Shown: one piece after another, positions 23,441-24,000 of the stretch
How positions within the stretch are numbered: position 1 is the stretch's first letter
Layout: every line of letters starts with the position of its first letter
Assembly (NCBI GenBank): GCA_015067435.1
Contig: SVMM01000015.1
Location: 2,868 to 26,867, forward strand
Reading direction: 5' to 3'
DNA: 24,000 nt
From: Oscillospiraceae bacterium
GTDB lineage: Bacteria > Bacillota > Clostridia > Oscillospirales > Oscillospiraceae
Position numbers and translations under genes: made by a program
Notes under the pieces: generated by a model
Told to the model about the DNA's origin: nothing
Database searches by the model: none
The model's input: the letters and a program-made list of their open reading frames with translations, nothing else

Positions 23441-24000
23441 ATGAAAATCAATGTCCTTGGCGTCAGCTTTGACAACGTGACCATGGTGGAGGCGCTCTCG
23501 CGCGGCGAGGAATTGCTGCAAGGCGAGGGCGCGCACTATGTCGTCACGCCCAATCCGGAGATTGTCGAGGCGTGCCGCGCGGACGCGGAAGCGATGGCCG
23601 CGGTCAACGGCGCGGACCTCGTGCTGCCGGACGGCATCGGCGTCATCTACGGCGCGAAAATGCTGAAAACCCCGCTGAAAGAGCGGGTTCCGGGAATTGA
23701 GTTCGGCACCGGGATGCTGGAATTCTGTGCGCGGAACAATAAATCGGTCTATTTGCTGGGCGCCAAGCCCGGCGTGGCGGAGCAGGCGGCGGAGAACCTG
23801 CGGAGCCGCTATGATGGACTTATCGTCAGCGGAACGCACGATGGCTATTTCTCAAACGACGAGGAGGCCGCCGGATGGATCCGCGAAAGCGGCGCGGACA
23901 TGGCGCTCATCTGCCTCGGCGCGCCGAAGCAGGAAAAGTTCATGGCGCGCTGGGGCGAGGCGACGGGCGCGAAGCTGTTGCTCGGTCTCGGCGGCGCGAT
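23441..24000 (+). CDS. WecB/TagA/CpsF-family glycosyltransferase, 3'-truncated by the window end
   Basis: This frame is not in the ORF track because it has no stop in the window. I translated it as MKINVLGVSFDNVTMVEALS...VVTPNPEIV...LPDGIGVIYGAK...LGAKPGVAEQAAENL...CLGAPKQEKF, which are family hallmarks. Confidence 0.85.
   Translation, partial: MKINVLGVSFDNVTMVEALSRGEELLQGEGAHYVVTPNPEIVEACRADAEAMAAVNGADLVLPDGIGVIYGAKMLKTPLKERVPGIEFGTGMLEFCARNNKSVYLLGAKPGVAEQAAENLRSRYDGLIVSGTHDGYFSNDEEAAGWIRESGADMALICLGAPKQEKFMARWGEATGAKLLLGLGGA

Noticed and set aside
1-24000. A search for CRISPR arrays, tRNA/rRNA genes, prophage or defence-island content
   Set aside because: I saw no regularly spaced direct repeats, no cloverleaf-like segments and no integrase, transposase or nuclease clusters. 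Gene content is core metabolism, DNA repair and sporulation throughout.

Overview
This is a high-GC chromosomal segment from a spore-forming Firmicute, probably a Clostridia-type anaerobe. All genes are housekeeping or sporulation genes. I found no transposase, integrase, CRISPR array, tRNA or rRNA. Gene order matches the Bacillus subtilis spoIIIA-nusB-xseAB-ispA-dxs-tlyA-argR-recN region. From left to right the window holds an XdhC-like protein and an M19 dipeptidase (+), then a nitroreductase (-). Next comes a complete spoIIIAA-AH operon, followed by asp23, nusB, xseA, xseB and ispA. After ispA there is an ~0.8 kb non-coding gap, then a small 4-TM protein, dxs, tlyA, nadK, argR and recN. These are followed by an M28-like membrane protein, a Tyr T-box leader with tyrS, and then fprA and a HAD hydrolase (-). 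The window ends with an EamA transporter and a 3'-truncated tagA-like glycosyltransferase. The main finding is the ispA-dxs gap. It has its own promoter and no credible ORF. It shows nested long-range helices and sits in the published context of OLE (ornate, large, extremophilic) RNA, with the OLE-associated membrane protein gene oapA immediately downstream. The second finding is the tyrS T-box leader. Its logic is canonical (UAC specifier, T-box, antiterminator/terminator), but it carries an ~81-nt insertion in the antiterminator apex. One arm of a 39-bp near-perfect inverted repeat lies in that insertion, and the other arm lies in the Stem II region. Smaller observations are a minimal SpoIIIAG, an M28-like protein with a TM insertion and no EE motif, and an XdhC protein with apparently permuted domain order. 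All calls rest on reading the sequence, remembered family motifs and synteny. No searches were run.
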